NCBI GenBank assembly: GCA_002104945.1
Contig: MCFH01000017.1
Span: 496,001 to 560,000, forward strand
Length of the DNA stretch: 64,000 nt
Origin: Piromyces finnis finn
Lineage: Eukaryota; Fungi; Neocallimastigomycota
Direction of reading: 5' to 3'
Numbering within the stretch: position 1 is the stretch's first letter; every line of letters begins with the position of its first letter. The notes under the pieces were generated by a model. That model was not told the DNA's origin. It worked only from the letters and a program-made list of their open reading frames with translations, and searched no databases. Made by a program: the position numbers and the translations under genes. This document shows positions 39,766-51,810 of this stretch, one piece after another.

Positions 39766-40733
39766 ATGGATAATACTACTAAAGGTATTACCTTTAATAG
39801 AATACCTATTTTGGGTTCAACAAAGGTTGAATTTGATGATTGGGAATTTTCTTTCAAACATTGGTGTAATTTATATAAGGTACCAGAACAAGAAAAGTTA
39901 GAATACCTTATATCATTAACTACAGGTACAGCTAGAACAATTGTAGTTAATGCATTAAATAAAGAAACACCAGATGATTATAATACCATCATCAAAAACC
40001 TTAAAAGTCATTTTAAAGGTTCAGTACCAAAGAATTCTAGATTATTAGAATTGTCTACTATTACAATAAAGAAAAATGAAAGTGTATCTGAATTCAATAT
40101 TAAATTTGACTCTTTAATAAATAAAACAAACTTAAAAATGTCAAATGAAATCATATTGTCCTACTATATTAATGCTTTTAGAAACCTTACTAAAACTTAC
40201 GAAGCACTTTTAGAAGCTGAACCAAAAAGTTTAGAAGAAGCCAGAAACATTACTATTAAGAAAGAGAAAATTTTCAATATAGTTGAAGAAAATAGACCAA
40301 AAATAAGAACTTCCATTAGTTCTAGAAGGTCTCCAAATGATAATAATGCTCAAAGAAATAATGATAGAGCATATTCAAATAATTTTAATAGTTATAACCG
40401 AATGAATAACAATAACACTACTCAAAATAGTTTTAAAAATTATAATAATAGAAATTATTCTAATAACTACAGAAATAATAATTATAATAGTAATATTCAA
40501 AATAATAACTACAATAATGATAACAATAATTATTCAAGATTTAATAATATTAATCAAAACGTTGAGCAAAGAAGAAGTACCTTAAAATACCCAAAAAATA
40601 ATGATGATGAGTTAAAAGAAATAACTCAAAAGCTTGCTGACCTAAAAATTAACGTTGTTTAAATTGTAAAAGAATAGGTCATACTACGAATGATTGTCCA
40701 GAATTAGATGACGAATACAATCATTTAAACTAA
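39766..40733 (+). pseudogene. gag: Gag with Asn-rich linker and CCHC knuckle; 1-nt deletion near 40655
   Basis: ORF 39766-40662. Restoring one T gives INVCLNCKRIGHTTNDC...HLN-stop at 40733. Confidence 0.9.
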
Positions 40734-40773
40734 ATAATGGGAGTAAGCAATCTCCCATAAAAACTAAAATTGC
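40724..40773 (+). promoter_or_regulatory. -1 programmed ribosomal frameshift signal: T TTA AAC slippery heptamer plus H-type pseudoknot
   Basis: Heptamer 40724-40730, 6-nt spacer, S1 ATGGGAG/CTCCCAT, S2 GCAAT/ATTGC. The -1 frame is open into pol. Confidence 0.85.
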
Positions 40774-43700
40774 AAATAGTTCACAAAATACACAAGAAGC
40801 ACAAATAAATTCTAATATCTCTAATGAAAATAATTATTCTATTAATGCGGCTCAAAAGAAGAAAATAAATGTTAAAACATTAGATAAAAATAAAATATCA
40901 CCAAATAATAAAAGTATTGTCAAGCCCTCAATACTTAACCAACCTAACATTAGGAATTTAAAACAACAAAAGAAGGCTATTAGAGATACTCGTAGAAGAA
41001 AAATTAGTGAAGATAAAGATGAAGTTATGGAAGAAACCCCAAATGAAGAAATAGAAATAGAAAGTGAAGAAGAACAAAATAATACAAATGAAATACCTTT
41101 AGAAGAAGTTACTAATACAAAAGAACATATCCAACCTATTGAAATTAATAACTCTAATGATTCTACCAATGAAGAAACTTTTAAAAATAATAATGAAACA
41201 AGTGATGTAAAAGTAAAGAAAAATTCTGTCAAAACCAAAGTAACCACAAAAAGAAATATGACAGAAATACAAATGTTAAAAACCAAAGATAAATTTAGTA
41301 TAATTAAAGAAGCAAATAATTTATATCCAAAAATAAGTCTTTCCCAATTACTTTCTGCTAGTCCATCACTTAGAAAAGAATTAGAATAAGGATGTAAACC
41401 TAAAGTTGAAAAAGTGATGTACTCCTTTAATAACTCTAATATTCCATTAATAATTGGTGATATAGATGGAAAATATTTAAAAATTCTTTATGATACTGGC
41501 GCAAATGTCAATATCATTACTACAAATGGTTTTAATAAACTATCAAATAAAAATATTGAAAAAAGTGATGAGGAACAAAATATAACTATTGCTAATGGTA
41601 CTACTGTTCCTACAAATGTTTTTACTACTTTAAAAATAAATATTAATAATTGTTGTACTATTTTAGAAAAATTTTATATTATTGAACAAAGTAATCCATA
41701 CTTTGATATAATTTTTGGAAGAGGTATTCAAAAGAAATACCGTTTATTTATTGACCCTGATGATGATTATATATACCAGAAAACTAAAAAAGGTTTAAAG
41801 AAAATTACAAACTTTATCAATAGTAATGATAATGATGCTAATGATATTCCCTTAATAAATTCTATAATTATTTCAAAAGAAGAAAACCAAGAATTTCAAG
41901 ATACGTTAAAAGAAATCTTAAATTCAACACCTGATAATATTAAATCAAAATTTGAACACATTATAAATAAATATAAAAATTGTATGGCTACATCAATGTC
42001 TCAATTAACTACTGCGGATTTAGAACCTCATTCTATAATTACTACTACTAATAAACCAATAAAATTAAAACCTTATAAATTATCTAAGGAACATGCTGAT
42101 ATTTTAAAAAGTGAAATTCTTTCATTACTTGATAAAGGTTTAATTACTCCTTCTCACTCTCCATGGTCATTTCCAGTTTTACTTGTACAAAAGAAAAATG
42201 GTAAATGGAGAATGTGTATTGATTATAGAAGACTTAATGAAATTACTATTAAGGATTCTTATGCACTTCCTTTTATTGATGAATTAATATCTTCTGTTAA
42301 TGGTGCAAAAATATTTTCTGCTTTAGATTTATATTCTGGCTATCACCAAATTCCTATGAACCCAAATGATATTGAAAAAACTGCTTTTACAACGAAATTT
42401 GGTAATTATAATTTTAAAGTAATGTCATTTGGTTTAACTAATGCTCCCGCTACTTTCCAGCGAGAAATGAATAGGATTCTCTTACCATTAGTTGGTAAAT
42501 GTCTTTTTGTTTACATTGATGATATTGTTGTTTATTCTAAATCACCAGAAGAACATCTTTATCATTTGCAACAAGTTTTTGAAATATTATCTAAATATAA
42601 TCTTTCTCTTAATTTACAAAAATGTAAATTCTTTCAAGAAAAGGTAGAAGTACTAGGACATGTACTTACACCTAACGGATTAAAAACTGTTCCTTCTAAA
42701 GTTCAAAGTATTGCTTTATGGAATGCTCCAAAAAATGTTAATGAACTAAGATCATTCCTAGGTTTAGCTAGTTACTACCGCAAATTTATTCAAAATTTTT
42801 CTATTAGAGCAAGCTCTCTTTTTAATTTATTAAAGAAAGACCAAGAATATATTTGGTCACAAGAATGTAATAATGCTTTTGAAGATATCCGACAATGTCT
42901 ATTAAGTGATCCTATTTTAAGTTATCCTGATTTTAATAAAGAATTTATTATTCGTACTGATGCATCAACTAATGGCATTGGTGCTGTACTCTTACAGGTG
43001 GAGGGGGACAAATTGGAACATCCAATTTGTTGTATTAGTCGTACTTTATCTACTTCAGAAAAGAATTATTCTGTTACTGACCTTGAAGGATTAGCTATTT
43101 ATTATGCAATTCTACAATTTCGTCAATATATTATAAGTAATAAAAATCCTACCATATTAATTACTGATCATAAACCATTACTGGGATTTTATAAAAAGAA
43201 TATTCCATCAAAAGGTAGACATGCAAGATGGATTGAAGAATTTAATAAATATAAAATTGAATTAAAATATGATAAAGGAAAGAAAAATGTTTTTGCTGAT
43301 GCCCTTTCAAGATTACCTTCTAAAAATTCTGATGAAATAGTAAATTGTGCTTATGCAATTTTGTCTGATTTTAATCCAAGAGATTTAGACCTACCTGAAG
43401 GAATAAAAAAATATTTTACTAAAAATTATCAAGTTGTTGATAATACTCTTTATTATAAAAAAGATGAATTATATCTTAAAGTTATTTACAAAGATGAAGA
43501 TAAAAAAGATATTATTAGTCGTGCTCATTCTGTTGGTCATGAAGGTGCTGAAAAGACCACAAATAGAATTTTAAAATCTTATTATTGGCCTGGTATTTGG
43601 AATGATGTTAGAATGTGGGTAAAGTCCTGTAGAAAATGTCAACTTTGTAGACCTAAGCCTTTACCTAAAAATACTGAAGATAATATAACCCCAATTGAAC

Positions 43701-44575
43701 AACCATTTACTAGAGTCGGATTAGATATAGTTGGCCCATTACCACTTACTAAACATGGAAATTCTTATATTATTACCCTTGTTGATTATTTCACTAAATG
43801 GGTTGAAGCTAAAGCAATTCCAAATATGAAATCAGAAGAAGTAATAAACTTTTTAATAGAAGTAATAACAAGACATGGTCCACCAGAAATAATTGTTACT
43901 GATAATGGAAGTTCATTTATTTCTGATATTACTAAAATGATGATTGATTTATATGGATCATGGGTTCATTTTGTTTCTCCTCATCATCCACAATCTAATG
44001 GTATGATTGAGAATAGAAACAAAGAAATAGGAAAAACTTTAAGACTCTTAGTTGAAAATGAATCTGAATGGGATGAATATCTACCATCTGCATTATGGTC
44101 ACTTATAACTACCAAAAATTCAAAAACAAAGTTTAGTAGTTTCGAATTATTATATGGTAGAAGAGACACATGGCCATTAGAAATAATGTTTTCTGATATT
44201 TATAAAGATCCTAATGAAACAGAAGAGGAATATATTTTTAGAAGATTTTTAAGGCATCAAAATTGGGTAAAACAAGCTACTGAATATTCTAATCATGCTA
44301 ATCAATATTGGGAACATAGAATAGGTTTATCCAAAGCTTTAAAGAAGACTTATAAATCGGGTGATTATGTTATGATAAGATTAATAGGAAGAAGTAAATT
44401 AAATCCTTATTTTTATGGTCCTTATAAAGTCGTTAATAAACAAAAATTTAATACTGTTGTACTTGAAGATCCACATACAGGAAAACTACTTGATAGAAAT
44501 GTACATATTAAAAATATTTTTCCTTACGTTCTGCCAGAACAAAATTTAACTTCAAGGGACGAAGTTAATTCTTAA
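40724..44575 (+). pseudogene. pol: Pol polyprotein (PR-RT-RNase H-integrase, no chromodomain) with one in-frame TAA at 41387-41389
   Basis: ORFs 41027-41389 and 41414-44575 are in the same frame. Motifs YDTGANVNII, YIDDIVVYS, TDAS, HSVGH...CRKC, GLDIVGP, TDNGSSF and FYGPYKV. Confidence 0.95.
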
Positions 44576-44588
44576 AAGGCCGAGAAAC

Positions 44589-45400
44589 TGATAAATAATG
44601 AAATTAATAAATATAAAATTATTATTATACCTGATTTTTAAGTTAACCCTAAAAGTAACTTAAAACAAGTTATAGTTTAATTAAGTACTTTACCAAAATT
44701 CTTAAATAAAATTAATCCTAAACACTGCATATATTTTGATTATTGAAAGAAAATAATAAACTTTAATTAATCGAGATCAAAATATATAACTTTTGATAAA
44801 TTAATTGTTAAATTAAATATTTAATAACTTCGTTAGTAAATTACACTTTAAAAGTAAACAAATATAATAATTCATGTTATAAAATAATATAATTAAACAC
44901 CTTTATTAAAACATTAAAAATAATTATTACTTTAATTAATTGTAAAATAAACAACTTTTTATATTCTTTAACTTTTAATTATTTCTTTTATTGTTATTTC
45001 TAATTACTTTTATTACTTTTATTGTAAATAGTTATTAATTTTATTGTTTTAATGTAAATAGTTTAAATTTAAAAGAAAATATAAATACATGTAAATATTC
45101 TTATTTTAATCATTATTATTATTATTAATAAAGAAATATTATATAGTTAGATTAATATTTTATAATTTTAATAATCACTTTTATACTTAAATAAATAAAA
45201 ATTTTAAATATTTAAATATTAGAAAAACAAGTGTTTCTAATAAAACAATTTAGTGTTTTAACAAAACAATTTTATTAATTTTTATAAAAACGATCTTAAA
45301 TCTTAATCAATATAACTTATATAGTTATAACAAAAGATATAATATAATAATCACTTTTTGAAGTAAAATTCAAAATTAAGATTATTACCAAATTATATCA
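44589..45400 (+). repeat. 3' LTR
   Basis: Preceded by an atypical PPT (AAAAGGCCGAGAAAC) and followed by the TCAG TSD. Confidence 0.97.
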
Positions 45401-46261
45401 TCAGTGAACTCGAACCATATTGTAAAATATTCTAAACTAAGTTCAGGTTTGTATACACTCAATATTCTAAACTACACTTTAAATTATTTTTAATTTTTTA
45501 TATTTTATTTATTAAATTATTTTAAAATAACTAAACTAAAACAACCGTTGATTACTTTACCGTGAAGAATATTTTACCAGAGCCCTCACTAGGTAATCAA
45601 TTTATTTTATTTAAAACTAAAATTATTAATCTAAACTATAAACTAATGTTAATTTATCTATACTAAATTAACCTATACGATTTTCCAACTATCGTTTCAA
45701 TAGTTGAAAAATTTTCTTTATTTATACTTTTTAAATAAATTGAATAAATTCTAATATACATGTTTTAATATTATAATTTTACATTGTTTACATTTATACA
45801 TTTATTAAAAGAAATTATTTGTATTAAACTATTTAAATTCAATTTATTTACTAAAGAATTTTCTAAACTTAAAATAAAGTTTTGATTTATTTACTATATG
45901 GTTGATTATATTTCAAACATATATTCAATTTATTTATTTCTAATTTTGAGGCTTAGTTTATAAAAAAATTTTTTTTTTTATTATCTAAAATATTTATTGG
46001 TTAAAATTTATTTAATTTAAAATTCTATTTTATCATCAAAAACTTTTTCTTATCATAAAATTAAATTTTACATAAATTTATGTTAATGTATTGTGATATA
46101 AATTTTTGTAATTAAAAAATAAAATTTACATAAATTTATGTTAATGTATTGTGATATGAATTTTATGGAAATTTACGGTACATTAATTTAATACATTATA
46201 CATTATTTTAAATACGTATTAAATATATTATTCTATTAATACAATATTTTACACATATCAT

Positions 46262-46465
46262 CCCACTCCTCACCATCTATTGCTCAACCATCCCAACTCC
46301 AATGAAATCACCAAGATCCTTAGTTCTCGTAAATCGGGTCATTTTTACGAGTACTTAGTCACTTTTACTGATTTATCTCAACGTTGGATCAATGCTGACA
46401 CCATTGATAAGGATGACTACTACAGCACCCTTTTAGCTGATTACCAACGTCGCGTTTACCAATAA
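46262..46465 (+). pseudogene. Isolated chromodomain-like fragment
   Basis: EITKILSSRKSGHFYEYLVTFTDLSQRWINAD resembles the chromodomain pattern I...R......YLV.W......W. Confidence 0.5.
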
Positions 46466-46945
46466 TTCACCAACTCCGTCCCAGATTCTTAATCTGGACC
46501 CCACCTACTAGTACCCTACCTACTAGTGTCTACCACCCTTACTCCTTCACTATCCACTAATCGCCACTACCCCACCTACTACCTACAACTCCGCTACCCA
46601 CTAGTCGCCACCACTTCAACTACCAACCACTATTCCGCTAACCAACTACCCTCTTTCGCCTTTGCCCTCAAATTCCGCAACCTCTTCCGCAATCCAATTT
46701 CCGAAACCCAAAATTCGCTTCCCCTCGAGTCATATTATTTCCCTAACCTTCACGTGTAGTCTCCATTTCTGAAGAATCCACGTGATACTCTCTCAACTTT
46801 TCTTGAACACTTTTACACTTCACTATTTCAACACTTAGATTTTTTTTCAAAAATTGAGAATTTCCATTTTTTGAAAATTCTCAAAATTTTTCTAAGTATC
46901 GTGAAAGTGTCCATGTCCAAATTATTATGACGATAACTCTCTGTA

Positions 46946-47405
46946 ATAGTTATTATACATTTAATAATAATCATTATCTACAATATAATACAATATATAT
47001 TTTGTATTATTAAATTGAGGAATTTCTTAAAAAAATGATAAAATAAATACTTATCTTAAAGAGTTTATTATAAATGAGTTATAATAAACATCACAAAATT
47101 TTAAGAATATTTTTAGTTTAAATATTTTTATTAATATAGTTTTTTGAAAAGGTTATTTATTATAGTTTGTTCTTATAATAATAACTTTGGATTCTTTAAT
47201 GAAATCCAAGAGTTCTCTTATTTATATATTTATCAAAATTTAAAGTTAAATAAATAATTTCTAATATTAACAAATAATCTTTTTAGGAAAATATTAGAAG
47301 AAAAATCTAAAAAGAAATTCGATTGATATTCTAAATATACCAATCATCATAATATTAAGTAAAACCTAATAAAGGAAAAACCTTAATATCCGATATTTCT
47401 AATGT
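46946..47405. repeat. Repeat of about 460 bp, near-identical inverted copy at about 57440-57890
   Basis: Direct reverse-complement match. Confidence 0.85.
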
Positions 47406-47729
47406 GTCAATTTCAAATATTAAATTTACTATAAAAAAAATGAGTATTAATAATCTCACAAAGAACTTCTTAAAGTTGTTCTTTGTTCAACTTATTTATA
47501 CTTTCATTTTTTAATATAATATAGATATTAATAAGGTATAATAATAATTATGTTATACATGTATAATAATATAAATATAAATAATAATATAATTTTCTTT
47601 AAATATCGATATTAATAAGTTGTTAAAAATAATATTAATAATTATTTAAATAAATCTTATTTTACTAATTGGTTTGTTTAATATTAATTAATTGTTACAC
47701 ATTTATCTCCGGATAATAAATAGCTTTCC

Positions 47730-47933
47730 AATTAATATTTATATTAAATAAACTATTATTAGTAAAATATTAAATTATTTAATATTTATTTTAGTTAGAT
47801 TATGTCAAAATCACAGTTCATGAAATTTGACATTTCATGAAATTTCATAATTTTGAAATTATTAATTAATTAATTAAAATATTAATTTAATAATATTTTA
47901 CTAATAATAGTTTATTTAATATAAATATTAATT
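47730..47933. mobile_element. 204-bp MITE/foldback-like element with 43-bp perfect inverted repeats
   Basis: 47730-47772 is the exact reverse complement of 47891-47933. No clear TSD. Confidence 0.5.
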
Positions 47934-47950
47934 CTTACAATGAGTGTAAG

Positions 47951-48553
47951 TGTAAAGTCGAACACTGAAAGAATAGATTAGGATATCTATTCTATTACAA
48001 TAACACTATAATTAAAATAAAAATTGTTTTATAAAAAGTATCTTTTATTATAATAGAAATTTTATTAATAACAATTGCATTGATAAAATGATGAAAAATA
48101 TCTTCTATTTATATTTTTCCTAAATACATTTATATTATAACTATTTATTTTTTATATATTATTTAAAATTTACACTTAAATCTTAATTATTAATAAAATA
48201 TTTAAACTATAACTATTTTTAGTAAAATACAATTAGCAATTCAAATTAAGTACTATTCAATTTGAATATGTGCCCATGTATTATTTATATATTAATCATT
48301 TATTATTTATATACTATTCATCTTTTTCTATCAAAAACAATACTAAAACTAAGAAAATAAATTGAGAAATTTAATTTATTTGTAAAACATTAAAAATAAA
48401 TTAATAATTTATTTTGTTTCAAACTCTAATTATTATTAAATAAATTATGTCTCATTTTCTTTTTCTGTAATATAAATTGTGTAATTTAAAAAATAATACT
48501 TGTGGCTTAAGTTACATTAAAGATATCAAGCTGAGGCGTTTGATATCTTTACA
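47951..48553 (+). mobile_element. Solo LTR family S1 (603 bp)
   Basis: TGTAAAG...CTTTACA with an exact 5-bp TSD, GTAAG. Confidence 0.88.
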
Positions 48554-48917
48554 GTAAGAAGTTATTTATAAAATATAAATGACTTCTTCTACAAATTAAT
48601 AATAATTAAATAATTAACTATTACTAATTTGAGAAAGAATATAAAAATATTAATTTCGAGTTTATTATATAAAAATACTAATAAATAAAAATATTAAATA
48701 TTAACACATAAATATAAAAAAGCACGTTAAATAAACATTACTTTTTAAAATAATTAATTCTTTATTTATTAATAAATTTATATAGTAATAACTCTTGATT
48801 TCTCAAAAGAGAATCAAGATTATTCTTTTATATTAATTTAATACATTATACATGGATTGGTTAAAATGATGCAACTAAATTAATGTAATAAAACAATGTA
48901 TTTAATCAATGTATGTA

Positions 48918-51053
48918 TTAAATTAATGTATTAAATGATGTATTAAGTGATGTATTAAATAATATATTAAATAATGTAATAAATAATAAATAATAATAAA
49001 TATTATAATAATACCAATTCTTTACATCCTTGCCCCCTCTCGCAAGAATAGCGTCGCGTACTTGAATTTCACTTATCGACGGGCAATAGGTTTGTAGATA
49101 TGACTTGAGATTAAGTAAGAATCCATAACCGTTAGATTTACCCTTGTACCTTGGCGCAGGTACAGTAAATAAACTCCTGAACTGCGATATTTGCTCCTGA
49201 GATCTGGCGGTGCGGTCTTGGAAATCAGTTGGGCGGAAGGATACGACCGGACTTGATCTCGTATTATAAATCCTTGGGTACATCTTAAAATAATAGTACT
49301 GTTCACACTTGGAACCTTTACTAAAGTCTGGTTTCGTTTCTTGTAAGAGTTGCTGAAATCGCTCCTTGTTAACGTCCTCCGGGGTGTTATAGACTTTAGT
49401 GCGGTAAAACTTCATGTCAAAGTAGTTTTCTTTAGCTTCCTTGTTTTTAAATCTAGCGTTGAATTTGGAAGTTACATCGTCATTATAATTTGAAATATGG
49501 GACGAAGAAGCTCTAGCGGAATTTTCCTTGATAGAGTCAATTTTTCTGTTAAATTTGTCTTCTTGTTCCTTAAGTTTATTATCAATGCGCTTATCCTGTT
49601 CTTCTTCACGATCATCTAGGGTGGAATGACCTATAAATGATCTACTTCTAAATTTTGAAATGTTGCTAAGTGATATTTCTTCGGTGGGGTAATTGAAGTT
49701 AGTATCCATAAGGTACTTCTCATTAATTAGTGTATTAATGATTCTTGAACATTTCTCATTCTTAGGCGTAATAGTTACAGCTAAGGTGTTAGGATCAATT
49801 TCGGCTTTAAATAATTTTTTAGATCTTGAATTAGAGTAGAAGAGTAATTTGTACTCCTCTTGAACATTATCGATTGCAAGATGATCGATACTATTTAATT
49901 TTCGTTTAATATTTGTAAGTTCATTGAGACATTCTTTGATTTGTTCATGTTGAACTGAAGTTTGTAATTCTTCATACTTATTTAAGATGTCTTCGTAAAG
50001 ATTTCTTAGGGTAGTGATTTTAGAACTAATTTCACCATTTCCTTCTGAATTTAATTGTTCTGTTTCAAGGGATTTTATCCTTTCCTGGATTTGTGTTTGG
50101 ATTATCGCATGTTCCTCTAGTGTTTCCTTGAATTGTTGAATATTTTTAACGAAATTTTCTTCGGTCTTGCCATTCATATGGTGTGCTGCGATGAGTTGAT
50201 CTTGTAATTTTTGTATTGCTTCTTTTGAATCAACTCTTGTTGCTTGTAGCTTTTCGGCCATTTCGTTTTTGATGACCGTTGTGAGATTATCGGTGTACGC
50301 ATTGTTCTCAACGGCTTGTTGAGTAATATTTCTGAAATCTTTTTCTAAGTTAGTTAACTTATTTGTGAGTTGAATAACCTCTTGATTTGTATTTTCTATG
50401 CTATTTTGCTGTTGAGTTAAACCATTTTCTAAAGGTAGCAAGTCTTGAGACTTTGCAGAGTTGAGTTGTGATTGTTGAAGTTCTTCGCGAACTTCATTGA
50501 CGGCAAGGTCCAAATCTCCTGGTTTAACTGTATTGAGGTCGATAACATTAGCTAAATTCTGAACTTGGAAACTGTCAGCTTTATTGGCAATTTTTGTATC
50601 GAGTTGTTCTAATCTTTTATTTTGCTCGGTAATGGAGGTTTGTAAGGTAGCGTTAAGAGTAGCCGTTAGATTCATAAATTGTGTCTGAATCTGTTCCATA
50701 AAGTTTTTCATCATATTTTGCATATCTTCCTTATTATTATTAGTCTCTGTCTTAAGTTCCTTGTACATGTTATCCATTGAAGATAACAAGGTAGCGCCGT
50801 TATTATCTGGGCTGTAGTTAAAAATTTGGTTATTACCTCCATAACTGTTTTTTATTTCTGTTTCGAGTGTTTTCTTGTTGTCTATATCGTCGGAAAGCTT
50901 CTCTAAGTAGTCATTAACACCTGACATACTAGATTTGGAATCATTTTCAAGCTTTTCGATTTCCATCGATTGTTGAACTTCTGAAGGTTGGTTAACTTCC
51001 TCTCTTGGGATTCCTTCTTTTATTGGTTCTTTACCTTTATTATTACTCTGCAT
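48918..51053 (-). CDS. Large coiled-coil protein ending in a Gag capsid-like segment, truncated at about 49010 (integrase-less family, copy B)
   Basis: 711-aa open frame in AT-rich DNA with an E/Q/K/L-rich heptad-like region. The C-terminal PAPRYKGKSNGYGFLLNLKSYL...GGKDVKNWY resembles the Ty3/Gypsy capsid N-terminal domain. The last 30 aa or so read into AT-rich DNA. Confidence 0.75.
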   Translation of the reverse strand: MQSNNKGKEPIKEGIPREEVNQPSEVQQSMEIEKLENDSKSSMSGVNDYLEKLSDDIDNKKTLETEIKNSYGGNNQIFNYSPDNNGATLLSSMDNMYKELKTETNNNKEDMQNMMKNFMEQIQTQFMNLTATLNATLQTSITEQNKRLEQLDTKIANKADSFQVQNLANVIDLNTVKPGDLDLAVNEVREELQQSQLNSAKSQDLLPLENGLTQQQNSIENTNQEVIQLTNKLTNLEKDFRNITQQAVENNAYTDNLTTVIKNEMAEKLQATRVDSKEAIQKLQDQLIAAHHMNGKTEENFVKNIQQFKETLEEHAIIQTQIQERIKSLETEQLNSEGNGEISSKITTLRNLYEDILNKYEELQTSVQHEQIKECLNELTNIKRKLNSIDHLAIDNVQEEYKLLFYSNSRSKKLFKAEIDPNTLAVTITPKNEKCSRIINTLINEKYLMDTNFNYPTEEISLSNISKFRSRSFIGHSTLDDREEEQDKRIDNKLKEQEDKFNRKIDSIKENSARASSSHISNYNDDVTSKFNARFKNKEAKENYFDMKFYRTKVYNTPEDVNKERFQQLLQETKPDFSKGSKCEQYYYFKMYPRIYNTRSSPVVSFRPTDFQDRTARSQEQISQFRSLFTVPAPRYKGKSNGYGFLLNLKSYLQTYCPSISEIQVRDAILARGGKDVKNWYYYNIYYYLLFITLFNILFNTSLNTSFNTLI

Positions 51054-51624
51054 TGGGCGAACCGAGTTTGTTTATTTATTTAACTATAATTTTCGTTCAA
51101 ATTACTTTCGATGTGGATAGGACTTACTTGCGGCCTTGTTGTTGAATAAATTCTTAATAGATATGTTTCGAAATCGTTTATAAATCGACAATAAATTAGA
51201 AAATAAAGTTTTTTCTAATTTTTAATTAAAATTGCCGAGATTTGTCGGGATTCTTTTCTCTGATGTTAACTAGGTAATATATAGCGTGAGTTATATATTA
51301 CTTCAAATGTCAATTTACTTATACCTAAAAGCTAACTATAACTAAATTGGCGTATAATTATCAAAGTTAAAGAATCTTTTCTGGGAATCTTTCAACTTAT
51401 AGTTTTACTAATGAACTAAAGTATATTCTATAAATAATACACTTCAATTAATTTATAATGAATTTTTTACTAATGTAATATGTTTTATCTATTATTTATT
51501 TTTGGTTAAGTAGCGATTTTAATATTAGGACGATTCGTTATCAGCGAATTAAATATTACACCACAAAACGTTATTTTAGATATTGTTACAGGTTTTTTTT
51601 TTTTTTAAAATATAATAATAAGTA

Positions 51625-51810
51625 GTAAAGTATTAAAGTATATAAATATTATGATTATTACTATATAAGTGTTGTTATAAGTATTTATATCATTATAAGT
51701 ATTATTAAAGTATTATTATGAGTTTTTAATAGGTTTTTAATATAAGTATAAATATTATAAGTACTATAAGTATTCTAAGTACTGTAAGTGCTATAAGTTC
51801 TATAAGTATT
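51625..51810. repeat. Degenerate 9-10-nt tandem array (ACTATAAGT-like) in the intergenic region of copy B
   Basis: Repeated TATAAGT units, e.g. tattataagt actataagt attctaagt actgtaagt gctataagt tctataagt. Confidence 0.65.

Larger units (their letters stand above)
37033..45400 (+). mobile_element. Structurally complete, very young Ty3/Gypsy LTR retrotransposon (8368 bp)
   Basis: 812-bp TG...CA LTRs, a 4-bp TSD TCAG (37029-37032 and 45401-45404), a PBS, and gag then pol in PR-RT-RH-IN order. Confidence 0.97.

Noticed and set aside
40852-41286. Antisense ORFs over retroelement genes (also 3712-3987, 17679-17954, 34187-34408, 51996-52280 and others)
   Set aside because: Shadow frames of biased coding sequence, with no independent motifs.
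41387-41389. In-frame TAA in pol as programmed readthrough
   Set aside because: The related region near 12230 has Gln (CAA), and the element already has a complete -1 frameshift signal. A C-to-T mutation or sequencing error is simpler.
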